From: a virus
Virus record (IMG/VR): IMGVR_UViG_2518645621_000001
Reading direction: 5' to 3' (one strand)
DNA length: 45,334 bases
Shown: positions 25,239-33,705 of the stretch, piece after piece
Layout of the letters: each line of letters starts with the position of its first letter
Position numbering within the stretch: the stretch's first letter is position 1
Made by a program: the position numbers and the translations under genes
The notes under the pieces: generated by a model
Databases searched by the model: none
What the model was told of the DNA's origin: nothing
The model's input: the letters and a program-made list of their open reading frames with translations, nothing else

Positions 25239-26483
25239 TTATTTTAATACGCTCATGCCACTTCTCCGCATTTCATCTTCACAACCATAACGAATCGCAT
25301 CGATCGCATGATTGTTTCTGTCTGGATAGGCGCTGATAAATTCACCATCTTTATTTTTCTCATACTCATAATTCACAATTTCCTTGTAGGTATGCGGACA
25401 ACGACGCTTATCAATTACAATCTTTGCTAATCCCTGCAGCCATTTCATCCCATATTCAACAGAATCGGGACCTTTTTTAGCGCCCCAAATATTTAAACCA
25501 TAACCACGCATTTCAGAAATGGATTTTGGTTCTGCACTATCTCCAGTTACGCGGCGCTGGCCCACTTTATCTTTAATTTTTTCATATGCCCTTTTATTGC
25601 TTAACTTTTGTTGATATACTTCGTCAAAAATATAAAGTATTTCATTCTTTTTATCATAATGCATATCAACAAACGCAAATGGATCCACAGCGAAACCAAA
25701 GTCTAAACCGTGTTTTCGACGGTCAAACATCAAAATTTCTTCATCCGTAATCATGCGCTCTTCCACATTATCAAACACGCTGCCACCGGTTCCGGTAACT
25801 TCGCCAAGATATTCATGCCGATACAGTTCTTCACGGCTGTTTTTAAGCTTTTCAGCTTCAAGGAAAAACTGTTCGCCAAGCCAATCATTCGGCACTTGCA
25901 AATAGGTCGTGTGACTAATCAGACGATCTGCATCATCAATCATCTGTTCACTATTTACCCAACTATCTCGGCTTTTTGGCGGATTGAATGAACTAAAACA
26001 CCAAAACTCTTTACCACCACGCATGAGCGATTGATTGAGACTTCGTATTTCTTCCATACCGGTGAACTGGTCCAGTTCTTCATACCAAACAATACCAACA
26101 TATCCAAAAGGCAGCTTGATCGATTTTATTTTCGTCTTATCGTCAACACCAAAGAAAAGAATCTTTTGACCGGTGTGCTTATACGTAATTTCCAGCGGGC
26201 TTGTCTTGAATTTAAATTTCGAGGTAAGTCCCAGCTGCTCTATACCCCATTGAATCTGGTTAAACACACTATTTCTGAGCGTATTGCCGACTTTTCGAAG
26301 GACTACTGCATGACAATTGGGATGCTGTTTGAGTAAGAGTGGCACCTCAATACTGATAAACGAAGACTTTGTGCTGCCACGACCGCCTTTATTCCAATAG
26401 TGCGTATGACCATGTTTCTTTATATCACGGTGGACCTTTCGAAATGCTGGTGCGATAATCTCACTTAATCGAATTTTATTCAT
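25239..26483 (-). CDS. terL: Terminase large subunit (PBSX/XtmB family)
   Basis: Walker-A-like KGGRGSTKSS. Follows terS with an 8-nt overlap. Start taken at ATG 26483 (MNKIRLSEII). Confidence 0.9.
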   Translation of the reverse strand: MNKIRLSEIIAPAFRKVHRDIKKHGHTHYWNKGGRGSTKSSFISIEVPLLLKQHPNCHAVVLRKVGNTLRNSVFNQIQWGIEQLGLTSKFKFKTSPLEITYKHTGQKILFFGVDDKTKIKSIKLPFGYVGIVWYEELDQFTGMEEIRSLNQSLMRGGKEFWCFSSFNPPKSRDSWVNSEQMIDDADRLISHTTYLQVPNDWLGEQFFLEAEKLKNSREELYRHEYLGEVTGTGGSVFDNVEERMITDEEILMFDRRKHGLDFGFAVDPFAFVDMHYDKKNEILYIFDEVYQQKLSNKRAYEKIKDKVGQRRVTGDSAEPKSISEMRGYGLNIWGAKKGPDSVEYGMKWLQGLAKIVIDKRRCPHTYKEIVNYEYEKNKDGEFISAYPDRNNHAIDAIRYGCEDEMRRSGMSVLK

Positions 26484-27219
26484 CATCACCATCATCTCCA
26501 ATATCATCTATGATGCTTACCCCATCACTGTCATCGCCACCCTTTCTCAATGTTTCAACCTCAGCCCGTAATTTATCTACTCTCAGACGCTGCTCTTCTG
26601 TAGCCATTTCAGATCGGCAAAGTTCTTCGTACTGTTTAAGCATATTGGTCAATGCTGTCATAGCCGTAGATTGCGCTTTTAGGAATGTAGCCTGCTTATC
26701 CCATGCAAATTGCAATTCATATTCTTCTTCCCATGATGAATCACCACTTTTCTGGCGTTTAAGAACCTTCGTCAAATCTTCATGATTCTCAACATACATT
26801 ACCTTCTGTGCCCGAAGTATCGCTGCATACTTGAGGCAAATATTCCCCCAAAGAATGTCGATTGGCGAAACCTCTGCCAATTCTTTTGCAATCTCCAATG
26901 TTTCGGGCGGCAAAAACTTTGCAAACAGTCCATGAGTCATAGCGTTTGCATTATGCGGGGGCGGACCACCTTTATTACCAAGTCCATTTTTATTATTGAG
27001 CGGCGCACCATGCCCTTTTGCATTTTGATTGCCAATAGGTGCACCTATTTTGCTTTTAGGTGCACCATTTTTAGGTGCACCTTCTCTGCACCATCCGTGG
27101 CGCTTTTTCCATGAATTGACGGTATTGATACTCACCTCATATTTTTCAGCAATATCCTTGTATTTCATTCCCGCCAAATAATCGATTTTTGCTTTTTCTG
27201 CTTGTTCATTTACAGCCAT
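26476..27219 (-). CDS. terS: Terminase small subunit (XtmA-like, N-terminal HTH, GAP/N-rich linker)
   Basis: YKDIAEKYEVSINTVNSWKKRH is an HTH and is followed by repeated GAP..N.NA.GHGAP motifs. Lies upstream of terL. Confidence 0.85.
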   Translation of the reverse strand: MAVNEQAEKAKIDYLAGMKYKDIAEKYEVSINTVNSWKKRHGWCREGAPKNGAPKSKIGAPIGNQNAKGHGAPLNNKNGLGNKGGPPPHNANAMTHGLFAKFLPPETLEIAKELAEVSPIDILWGNICLKYAAILRAQKVMYVENHEDLTKVLKRQKSGDSSWEEEYELQFAWDKQATFLKAQSTAMTALTNMLKQYEELCRSEMATEEQRLRVDKLRAEVETLRKGGDDSDGVSIIDDIGDDGDDE

Positions 27220-27410
27220 ATCACATACTCACCAACTCCCTATTTTTGCTATTTCGCCGGCAATCCGTAGGCAAAATATATTATTATTAATATAAACTCA
27301 TAATAATTAAGCCACAAATGCAAAAAGTTCCAATAACACTTGGTTATCGAAACAGTATTTTATGTCTTAATTTATACTGCCTACCTCACCTGCCTCCTGA
27401 TTTTAGGCAT

Positions 27411-27439
27411 AAGAAAAGACAGCTCCATAAAAAGCTGTC
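27411..27439 (-). terminator. Rho-independent terminator upstream of terS
   Basis: Minus strand: GACAGCT-TTTTATGG-AGCTGTC followed by TTTTCTT. Confidence 0.6.
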
Positions 27440-27464
27440 CACAAATTACATATTTTGTTATAAT
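27436..27464 (+). promoter_or_regulatory. Plus-strand promoter with extended -10 (TGtTATAAT) for the small peptide gene
   Basis: TATAAT at 27459-27464 is preceded by TG at 27456-27457. A weak -35 (TGTCCA) sits at 17-nt spacing. Confidence 0.5.
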
Positions 27465-27520
27465 AAATATCGGACTAGCGTCAACTAGTCCGACAAACTG
27501 AATACAAGGAGGTGAATCCC

Positions 27521-27610
27521 TTGAAGTTCCATTTATCCTTTGAAATCGATCCGATGGCACTCATCAAGGTGGTAGCACTTATTGCTTTTATCTTGAAAGT
27601 GCTTGCCTAG
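27521..27610 (+). CDS. 29-aa hydrophobic peptide (type I toxin-like); not in the supplied ORF track
   Basis: AAGGAGGTG lies 6 nt before a TTG start. The peptide is MKFHLSFEIDPMALIKVVALIAFILKVLA. A 9-bp perfect 5' hairpin (27470-27493) lies at the predicted mRNA start, and a terminator follows. Confidence 0.5.
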   Translation: MKFHLSFEIDPMALIKVVALIAFILKVLA

Positions 27611-27628
27611 CCCCGTATTCAACCGAAA

Positions 27629-27653
27629 CGTCCTGTTACCGCAGGGCGTTTTT
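27629..27653 (+). terminator. Rho-independent terminator after the small peptide gene (potentially bidirectional)
   Basis: CGTCCTG-TTACCG-CAGGGCG followed by TTTTT. Confidence 0.7.
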
Positions 27654-27673
27654 GGTATATAAATCACAACTTA

Positions 27674-27702
27674 ATTATACTTTACTTTATAAATCTATGC
27701 AA
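27674..27702 (-). promoter_or_regulatory. Near-consensus minus-strand promoter TTGCAT-17-TATAAT convergent with the peptide gene
   Basis: -35 at plus 27697-27702 and -10 at plus 27674-27679, with exactly 17 nt of spacer. Confidence 0.55.
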
Positions 27703-27812
27703 TCCCTTTGTATACGAAAAGCCGCCGACAAACATGCCGACGGCTCTATTTCTTCTCACAAATTTTTATACTATCATATTACTACTTTGAAAACGACATT
27801 GCAAGGACATCT

Positions 27813-28322
27813 TTACGACATTACCGATAGCCCGTCAATGCCGAATATTAGGGCACTTAGCTTTTCTATTGCGAACTTTACGTCACGCTGACAAGTACGA
27901 ATATCAATGTTTTGCTCTTCAGCAAGATCTTTTGTCGACTTCCCCTGAAGATAATATCCTACCACTATTTCAAATTTTCTTTGATTATCGGTCTGCTTAC
28001 AATATGCATTAAATAACTCTAGCATCACATCAATATGGTCCACCATAATCCTCGTTCGAATATTACTACGACGTATTGATTCTATATACACGTCCTTATC
28101 CGTATTATCTATATTATCAAGAATATCTATAGCACTTAAATTACATACATCATCGTCGTCCAGTGTACTTACTGAATTATCACAGTGCTCTTTAAGTGCA
28201 TTATAATTTTTCATCAGCAGCCGCGTGTTATAAAGGCGTCTATCATGCCTAACCTTTTTCTGCTTGGCATCATGTTTCCGGACAGTCTCAACAACCAATG
28301 CTATTATTTCCTCTTTCGTCAT
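27813..28322 (-). CDS. ArpU-family / sigma-70 region-4-like late transcriptional regulator
   Basis: The C-terminus YYLQGKSTKDLAEEQNIDIRTCQRDVKFAIEKL is a region-4-type HTH. This is the last early gene before the packaging module. Confidence 0.65.
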   Translation of the reverse strand: MTKEEIIALVVETVRKHDAKQKKVRHDRRLYNTRLLMKNYNALKEHCDNSVSTLDDDDVCNLSAIDILDNIDNTDKDVYIESIRRSNIRTRIMVDHIDVMLELFNAYCKQTDNQRKFEIVVGYYLQGKSTKDLAEEQNIDIRTCQRDVKFAIEKLSALIFGIDGLSVMS

Positions 28323-28358
28323 CCTACGACCTCCTGATCTTCCATTCCGATTTTACCA

Positions 28359-28586
28359 TTATGCCAGTGATTTCACCGCTGGCATTTTCTTTTTATCTGC
28401 TACATATCGCTCAAACAGCCCAATATCCAGCCACTTCTCTTTCCAGTGATCTGCATAATCAAACTTGTATCCTCGAACCTGCCCGATACTATCTTCATAA
28501 GCCACGGTCACATGCGACAAGCGATAAAGCTTGAAATACGATACCACGATAAACACGACCGGCACCAACAAAACCATATACATCAT
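28359..28586 (-). CDS. Hypothetical protein with N-terminal TM helix
   Basis: ORF in the operon context with a hydrophobic N-terminus (MVLLVPVVFIVVSYF). Confidence 0.5.
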   Translation of the reverse strand: MMYMVLLVPVVFIVVSYFKLYRLSHVTVAYEDSIGQVRGYKFDYADHWKEKWLDIGLFERYVADKKKMPAVKSLA

Positions 28587-28777
28587 TTATTCACCACACC
28601 TTTTTTAGTATTGAGTAAATCACCCTTCACCTCAAAATAGATAAATCGACTACTTTTCCTAACTGGATCCACAGCACCATATTTTTTCAATAGGCGCTTA
28701 AATACTGGATATTGCTTGATTGGTACTTTTAACCGCGTATATACTTCATTTTCTATTTGAATCAATCGCCTTTCCAT
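28583..28777 (-). CDS. Hypothetical protein
   Basis: 4-nt overlap with the downstream gene. Confidence 0.5.
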   Translation of the reverse strand: MERRLIQIENEVYTRLKVPIKQYPVFKRLLKKYGAVDPVRKSSRFIYFEVKGDLLNTKKGVVNK

Positions 28778-28823
28778 TCCGAAACCTCCTCTTAATCAAT
28801 ATCAAACGCCTTTTCTGTCAACC

Positions 28824-29111
28824 TCAATTAGTATCATCAGGTTTCATAATATTGCCTATGATAGCTTGCTCATATTCCTTCAGCATTACATCCATTACTA
28901 ACTTATTATTTTTAAGGTCCTTCCAGATATCTGGACATTTATCATGAATAAGTCTAACCTGCTCTTCAACGGTTAACGGTATTTCATACTTCTGCTGATT
29001 TTCTAAGGCTTTGATGGCTTCATCACATGCATCACCAAATTCAGGCTTTGGAAATGGCGATGAATTCATATAGTCTCGTATTTGCTTTAATTTTCCGATC
29101 GTGTCCATCAT
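28824..29111 (-). CDS. Hypothetical protein, paralogous segment shared with 29108-29452
   Basis: Shares the RLIHDKCPDIW motif with the neighbouring gene. Confidence 0.55.
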   Translation of the reverse strand: MMDTIGKLKQIRDYMNSSPFPKPEFGDACDEAIKALENQQKYEIPLTVEEQVRLIHDKCPDIWKDLKNNKLVMDVMLKEYEQAIIGNIMKPDDTN

Positions 29112-29452
29112 TCTTCACCTTCTAACGCTTTATTCCAGCACTCCTGACAATCACTTGTAGGATAATTGCAATCTTTTCTTACTTCTAAATCAACAGAACC
29201 TGCGCAATCTGGGCCATTACATATTCTTATATAAATATCCGGGCATTTATCTCTAATCAGCCGCAACTGCCCTTTGATATCCAACGACATTATATTGCTG
29301 GTGTCAGCAACATTGTCGGCTTCGCGGCGTTCCTTTAGCTCTATGAGCGCAAGGAATACGTTTTTATTGTGTTCGTGCCTGCATGACATCCTCTGCCTTA
29401 TACCTTTTGTCTTTTCTATTGTCTTTTGCAGTATTTCATCACTTAATCGCAT
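29108..29452 (-). CDS. Hypothetical Cys-rich protein, paralogous segment shared with 28824-29111
   Basis: RLIRDKCPDIY motif plus a C-terminal Cys cluster (CNGPDCAG...CNYPTSDCQECW). Confidence 0.55.
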   Translation of the reverse strand: MRLSDEILQKTIEKTKGIRQRMSCRHEHNKNVFLALIELKERREADNVADTSNIMSLDIKGQLRLIRDKCPDIYIRICNGPDCAGSVDLEVRKDCNYPTSDCQECWNKALEGEE

Positions 29453-29454
29453 TA

Positions 29455-29658
29455 TCAGCCCTCCAAGCCATAAGCCTTATTCACGTATTCGCTCAACGTC
29501 ACCATTCTAACGTCAGACCGATCCTCATTTGTTTGAGTTGTTTCCGCTGCCAAGATCTCGGCAAATCGGTTGCTTGGTTTTTTGTTCTTACTATTCCATT
29601 CCCGAAAAGGCTTTATTCTATGCCTAATTCGGTGAATCGATAATATTCTATTTATCAT
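29455..29658 (-). CDS. Hypothetical protein
   Basis: Operon packing only. Confidence 0.45.
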   Translation of the reverse strand: MINRILSIHRIRHRIKPFREWNSKNKKPSNRFAEILAAETTQTNEDRSDVRMVTLSEYVNKAYGLEG

Positions 29659-30248
29659 TTTCCTTTCTTTTTCCGTTCATTGAGTTTTGAGTATAGTTTC
29701 GCTAGGTTCAATCCAGATTTCGTAAGCTCTGTATTTTGAGTAATTAGGGACCTTTTATTCATAATCAAAAATTCTGTTCGTTGCACTAAAACCAAATTAT
29801 CTAACTCAAAATTCTTCGTATTTCTGTCCGCAAATATAATTACATACCCTCGGGGTTTCTTGCCATGTGCAGATTCCCAAATAAGAATATGCTTACCAAC
29901 CCATGTATGAGGGTCTGCCACTTTAATATCTACATACCCATCACCATTAACCCGTTCCGACCCCACCGGCAGATAGTTGTGCGGTTTCTGACCTTTTTTA
30001 AACATTCCAATGTTTCTCGGCATATCAGGATATTTTTTCCCCTTATTTACGGGAATGTGTCCTTTGGGAAAATGCCCATTAAGACCACTGCTAAGATTAT
30101 GATTCTTCTTGTACGTATTAATTTGCCGACACGTTAGAGATAACCCGAAGCACGTATTCATCAAATCAGCAAGATCGCTGTTTGAAATATTTTTTACATG
30201 TTGCTTTAGATATTCTGCTTGATCCGAAGAAAAAAGATTATCCGCCAT
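29655..30248 (-). CDS. HNH_3-like homing-endonuclease-family protein (possibly degenerate)
   Basis: GDGYVDIKV...KHILIWESAHGKKPRGYVIIFADRNTKNFELDNLVLV follows the HNH_3 pattern, but Phe stands where the second His usually is. Start ATG 30248 (MADNLF). Confidence 0.6.
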   Translation of the reverse strand: MADNLFSSDQAEYLKQHVKNISNSDLADLMNTCFGLSLTCRQINTYKKNHNLSSGLNGHFPKGHIPVNKGKKYPDMPRNIGMFKKGQKPHNYLPVGSERVNGDGYVDIKVADPHTWVGKHILIWESAHGKKPRGYVIIFADRNTKNFELDNLVLVQRTEFLIMNKRSLITQNTELTKSGLNLAKLYSKLNERKKKGK

Positions 30249-30249
30249 T

Positions 30250-30483
30250 TTATCCCTCCAGCATTTTCGGGCGATCCGTTTTATCTGCACTTAAATTATC
30301 TTCATACGCGACCTTTGCTTTTAAAACCAGAGCACCATTGGCAATAATTTGCGACGCTACATCCGTTACAGCTTCAGTCCTTCGGATCTCTTCGGCTAGC
30401 TTATCACCCGTTAAATCTTCATCGTTTAGTCTTTCAAGCTGTGCAAACAAATGATTATTTAAATCACCAAGAGTATTTTTCAC
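30250..30483 (-). CDS. Hypothetical protein
   Basis: Operon packing only. Confidence 0.5.
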   Translation of the reverse strand: MKNTLGDLNNHLFAQLERLNDEDLTGDKLAEEIRRTEAVTDVASQIIANGALVLKAKVAYEDNLSADKTDRPKMLEG

Positions 30484-30496
30484 GCTTTATCGCTCC

Positions 30497-30898
30497 TCAC
30501 ACTTTTTCAATTTTTACGTAAATGCCTTGCCTGTCACTCCAAAACTTTTCAGTGATCTCACTTGCCACCTGGGCATCATCACCCCAAAACTCAAGCTTGG
30601 TCATAACATCTTTTAGTAGCTTAATCATATTGTCCGTATCTGGCTTTGTAGCTTTATACTCACCAGATTGATGCTTACCTGTAACTGGAAATAACCACTT
30701 TGTCATGAGCCTCACAGTCCCAGTAAACGGTTTTCCCGGTCTATGCGGGGCAAAATATGTCTCGAACTTATTTCGCGCGTCTGCAAGCTCAGGCGGCTCA
30801 TAAAAATGTGGTTTGCCATTTACCACAGACACTTTCTTTTCCTGGTGAGTTACAGTCGGCACCCGCATCGGAATAAAAAATTCAATTGTTCGGCTCAT
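30497..30898 (-). CDS. rusA: RusA-family Holliday junction resolvase
   Basis: KPDTDNMIKLLKDVMTK..FWGDDAQV matches the RusA D-x-DN...K...D...DD signature. Confidence 0.8.
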   Translation of the reverse strand: MSRTIEFFIPMRVPTVTHQEKKVSVVNGKPHFYEPPELADARNKFETYFAPHRPGKPFTGTVRLMTKWLFPVTGKHQSGEYKATKPDTDNMIKLLKDVMTKLEFWGDDAQVASEITEKFWSDRQGIYVKIEKV

Positions 30899-31160
30899 AA
30901 TCTACCCCCTGCCATTTACCAGTTTCATGATTATAAAAAACGTCACCGGATTGCTTAATCTGATCCCAAATGAAATCAAGAATAGATGGTCTTTCGATCA
31001 GCCATTTAATAACCTGGCTATTTTTAGGCGAATACTCACACTCTGGCAATTTATGAAAAAGCGGTGGAAGATTTCTAGCAACAATTAATTTTTCACTACG
31101 CCTCTTTGCTGTATTTTTCATTTTTAAAATCACCCTTTCATTATTGAGAATTATTTCCAT
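30882..31160 (-). CDS. Hypothetical protein
   Basis: Operon packing only. An alternative start at MKNTAKRR is possible. Confidence 0.45.
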   Translation of the reverse strand: MEIILNNERVILKMKNTAKRRSEKLIVARNLPPLFHKLPECEYSPKNSQVIKWLIERPSILDFIWDQIKQSGDVFYNHETGKWQGVDYEPNN

Positions 31161-31209
31161 TTACCGCTTTGGAAGAAATTTTTATTTTGTCAAGGATAGT
31201 GAAAAGTAT

Positions 31210-31243
31210 GTCGGGGGGCTTTCTACGCCCCCGACTATTTTTT
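31210..31243. terminator. GC-rich hairpin with T-run (bidirectional terminator-like) at the edge of the origin region
   Basis: GTCGGGGG...CCCCCGAC stem followed by TATTTTTT. Confidence 0.5.
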
Positions 31244-31294
31244 CCCTTGACCCGCAGGTGGAAAAACAATTTGTATTATTTATAATAATAGGTT

Positions 31295-31452
31295 TTTCTT
31301 CCGATTCGGAAAAAGTCGATTTTAACCGATATTTTCTTCCGATTCGGAAAACGGAAAAAGTCGGTAGTTTTCTTCCTACAAGAATCGGAAAAAGTCGGTA
31401 TTGTTTCGATATTTTCCGATTCGGAAGAAAAAGAAAATTATCGACTTTTTCC
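31295..31452. repeat. Iteron cluster, putative phage origin of replication
   Basis: CGGAAAAAGTCG occurs at 31307-31318, 31352-31363 and 31386-31397, with an inverted copy at 31442-31452. (T)TTCCGATTCGGAA occurs three times (from 31299, 31337 and 31414). The cluster sits in a 295-bp noncoding gap next to the primase-helicase gene. Confidence 0.7.
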
Positions 31453-31455
31453 ATA

Positions 31456-33705
31456 TTAACTTTCCTTTTTTGTCACCACTCCATGATTATCTATTACAAA
31501 TCCTTCATGTTCTTTTAGATGATTTTTTACAGTTTTTTCCGTTACACCACCATATTCAGCCATGCTTTTTACGGTTACTTCATTACCAAATGATTTCACA
31601 ATATCATACGTAGATTCGACCGATTTCCTGCGATCATTCTTATGATCATCGGGTGATTTTTTCTTTTTAAAGTTTTTTCTCCAACTTTGCTGGTCACCTT
31701 CTGCATCAATATCTTTAAGAACACCAATATCGTCCACATGATGAAGTGGATAGTCAAACCAAAGGTCAATGGGTGGAAACTTCGGGAACTCACGAAGTGT
31801 ACCTTCAATGCGCCAAGCTGTACGCTGGCGAACCTTTTGCCGAGCAATATACACATAGTTATTCGTAAGTGATGCATATGCATCTACCGTCAAAACCTTA
31901 TGACAGTAGTCGAGCATGACCCGTTCGCTACATTGATCATCTTGTGAAATATCATCTTCCCATTTTGGATAATGTTCTTCAAGAAAAGCCACACAGGCCG
32001 CACAAACAGCTTTATTTTCTTCTTGCTTCACTAAATCCTCTGTGATTTCAAGTTCAATCAGATCGAGTAATGCATCTGGATCGCGGGCAAATACACCGGA
32101 GCCGGATGCTCTGTCCATGGAGCGTTTGCCTCCTTGTGCACCTTTACTGTGATGATGGCAATAAATAACCGCACAGCCAAGCTCGGTACATACCTTATCA
32201 AATTGGTTACAAAAGTTGGCCATCTGATCCGCGCTGTTTTCATCACCAGTAATAACCTTGTAAATTGGATCGATAATGATGGCAAGATAATTTTTCTTAG
32301 CAGCACGTCGTATAAGTTTTGGCGCTAATTTATCCATTGGTACGGACTTGCCTCTGAGATTCCAAATATCAATATTGGAAAGATGCTCTGGCTTCAGCCC
32401 GAGATCTTCATAAACATCTTTGAATCGATGCAAGCAGCTTGCCCTGTCTAACTCGAGATTTACATATAGAATTCGCCCCTGGGCGCAATCCCATTGAATC
32501 CATTTCTTACCTTCAGCAATTGCTATACATAACTCAATTAAGCTGAAGGACTTACCTGCTTTTGATGGTCCGGCAATCAGCATTTTATGACCTTGGCGCA
32601 GCATATTATCAATCAGTGGTGGTGCGAGATCCGGCAGGTTGTCCCAGGCATCCGCCATACTTTCCGGATTGGGCAGATCATCATTCACCGCCTCAATCCA
32701 TTCCTGCCATTCAGCGAAACTTGTTTTCCCGATATTAGTATCCACAAGCCATTGTTTACGCGCATTGCGGATAACACCAGGCATTCTCGAAAGCCTCGAG
32801 GGATTGCGGTTTTGACTATCGATTTCTAATCCATTTTTCTTACATACCGCATAGAGATAATCCACGCGTTTACGGTATTCTTCATAACTTCCCGCATCGA
32901 TCCGAACGATTGCATGCAGACTCTTACCGCCAGAATGCACCAGACAGGCAACAGGAAGCTCCAGTGTGCGAATAATTTCATTTTGCTTATCAATCTCCAT
33001 GCTGTCGGATTCAACCAGCGCAAAACGAAACTCTGTAACATTCTCGTTTTTAACGCCTTTCCCATCGAGGGGATTGAAGCGGATCCACGCGCCGCATGCT
33101 TCGTTATAATCACCAAATACACCGCCAACATCGCCATCACAAATATTTAAAAGCTCAATAAGTTCACCTGCAGTCCGATCAAAATTCCCCTTTGTGGGGA
33201 GATATTTATTGTCGCCTTCTTTTTGCCAGGAAGTTGTGACATAGCCTACATTTTCGGTACTGTCAAAGAGTGTTTCTAAATATTTGATAAGATCTTTGAC
33301 CGGATTCCATGTTTGCGGTTCAATCACTTCTTTGCCTTCCAGCCAATTCTTATCGATGAGGACTTTATTTTCTTTGGTGCTGCCAATAAAATCATCCCAG
33401 TCAAGTTCTTTATCTTCTCCACTAGAATAAGGTGGCTGCCAGCCGCTGCGTTTTGCCATATCAACAATCGTGCCGGCTGTAACTAGATTGGTTGTTGTTC
33501 CTAAAAAGCTGGTCCATTTTTTAAAACATTCGCCGGCATGATACCGGGCAGTATCTCTTGCGCTCCACTGATCCCAATCGGATGCCGTATAGCCTTCTTC
33601 TTTTAAGGCCATCCCAACATTTACCCAATCTTGATAGGTAAGAGCTGCCGGATCAATATACGCCAATAACGGCAGCAAATCATTTTTGTTATCATCCAAA
33701 GTCAA
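31456..33705 (-). CDS. Replicative primase-helicase fusion (PriCT-2-like N-terminus, prim-pol-like core, RepA/RecA-type ATPase)
   Basis: The N-terminus YQDWVNVGMALKEEGY...FKKW has the PriCT-2 pattern. Walker A is LIAGPSKAGKSF. Size is 749 aa. Confidence 0.8.
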   Translation of the reverse strand: MTLDDNKNDLLPLLAYIDPAALTYQDWVNVGMALKEEGYTASDWDQWSARDTARYHAGECFKKWTSFLGTTTNLVTAGTIVDMAKRSGWQPPYSSGEDKELDWDDFIGSTKENKVLIDKNWLEGKEVIEPQTWNPVKDLIKYLETLFDSTENVGYVTTSWQKEGDNKYLPTKGNFDRTAGELIELLNICDGDVGGVFGDYNEACGAWIRFNPLDGKGVKNENVTEFRFALVESDSMEIDKQNEIIRTLELPVACLVHSGGKSLHAIVRIDAGSYEEYRKRVDYLYAVCKKNGLEIDSQNRNPSRLSRMPGVIRNARKQWLVDTNIGKTSFAEWQEWIEAVNDDLPNPESMADAWDNLPDLAPPLIDNMLRQGHKMLIAGPSKAGKSFSLIELCIAIAEGKKWIQWDCAQGRILYVNLELDRASCLHRFKDVYEDLGLKPEHLSNIDIWNLRGKSVPMDKLAPKLIRRAAKKNYLAIIIDPIYKVITGDENSADQMANFCNQFDKVCTELGCAVIYCHHHSKGAQGGKRSMDRASGSGVFARDPDALLDLIELEITEDLVKQEENKAVCAACVAFLEEHYPKWEDDISQDDQCSERVMLDYCHKVLTVDAYASLTNNYVYIARQKVRQRTAWRIEGTLREFPKFPPIDLWFDYPLHHVDDIGVLKDIDAEGDQQSWRKNFKKKKSPDDHKNDRRKSVESTYDIVKSFGNEVTVKSMAEYGGVTEKTVKNHLKEHEGFVIDNHGVVTKKES

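Noticed and set aside
27038-27081. Three copies of the palindrome GGTGCACC inside terS as a possible pac site
   Set aside because: They are fully explained by the repeated Gly-Ala-Pro coding (GAPKNGAPKSKIGAP...) of the TerS linker. There is no independent evidence for a packaging site.
31144-31518. ORFs 31144-31518 (+) and 31182-31454 (-), and a possible CRISPR-like array, in the repeat region
   Set aside because: The translations are low-complexity read-through of iterons. The repeats are short (12-13 bp), few, irregularly spaced and partly inverted. No cas genes are present. The region is interpreted as a replication origin.
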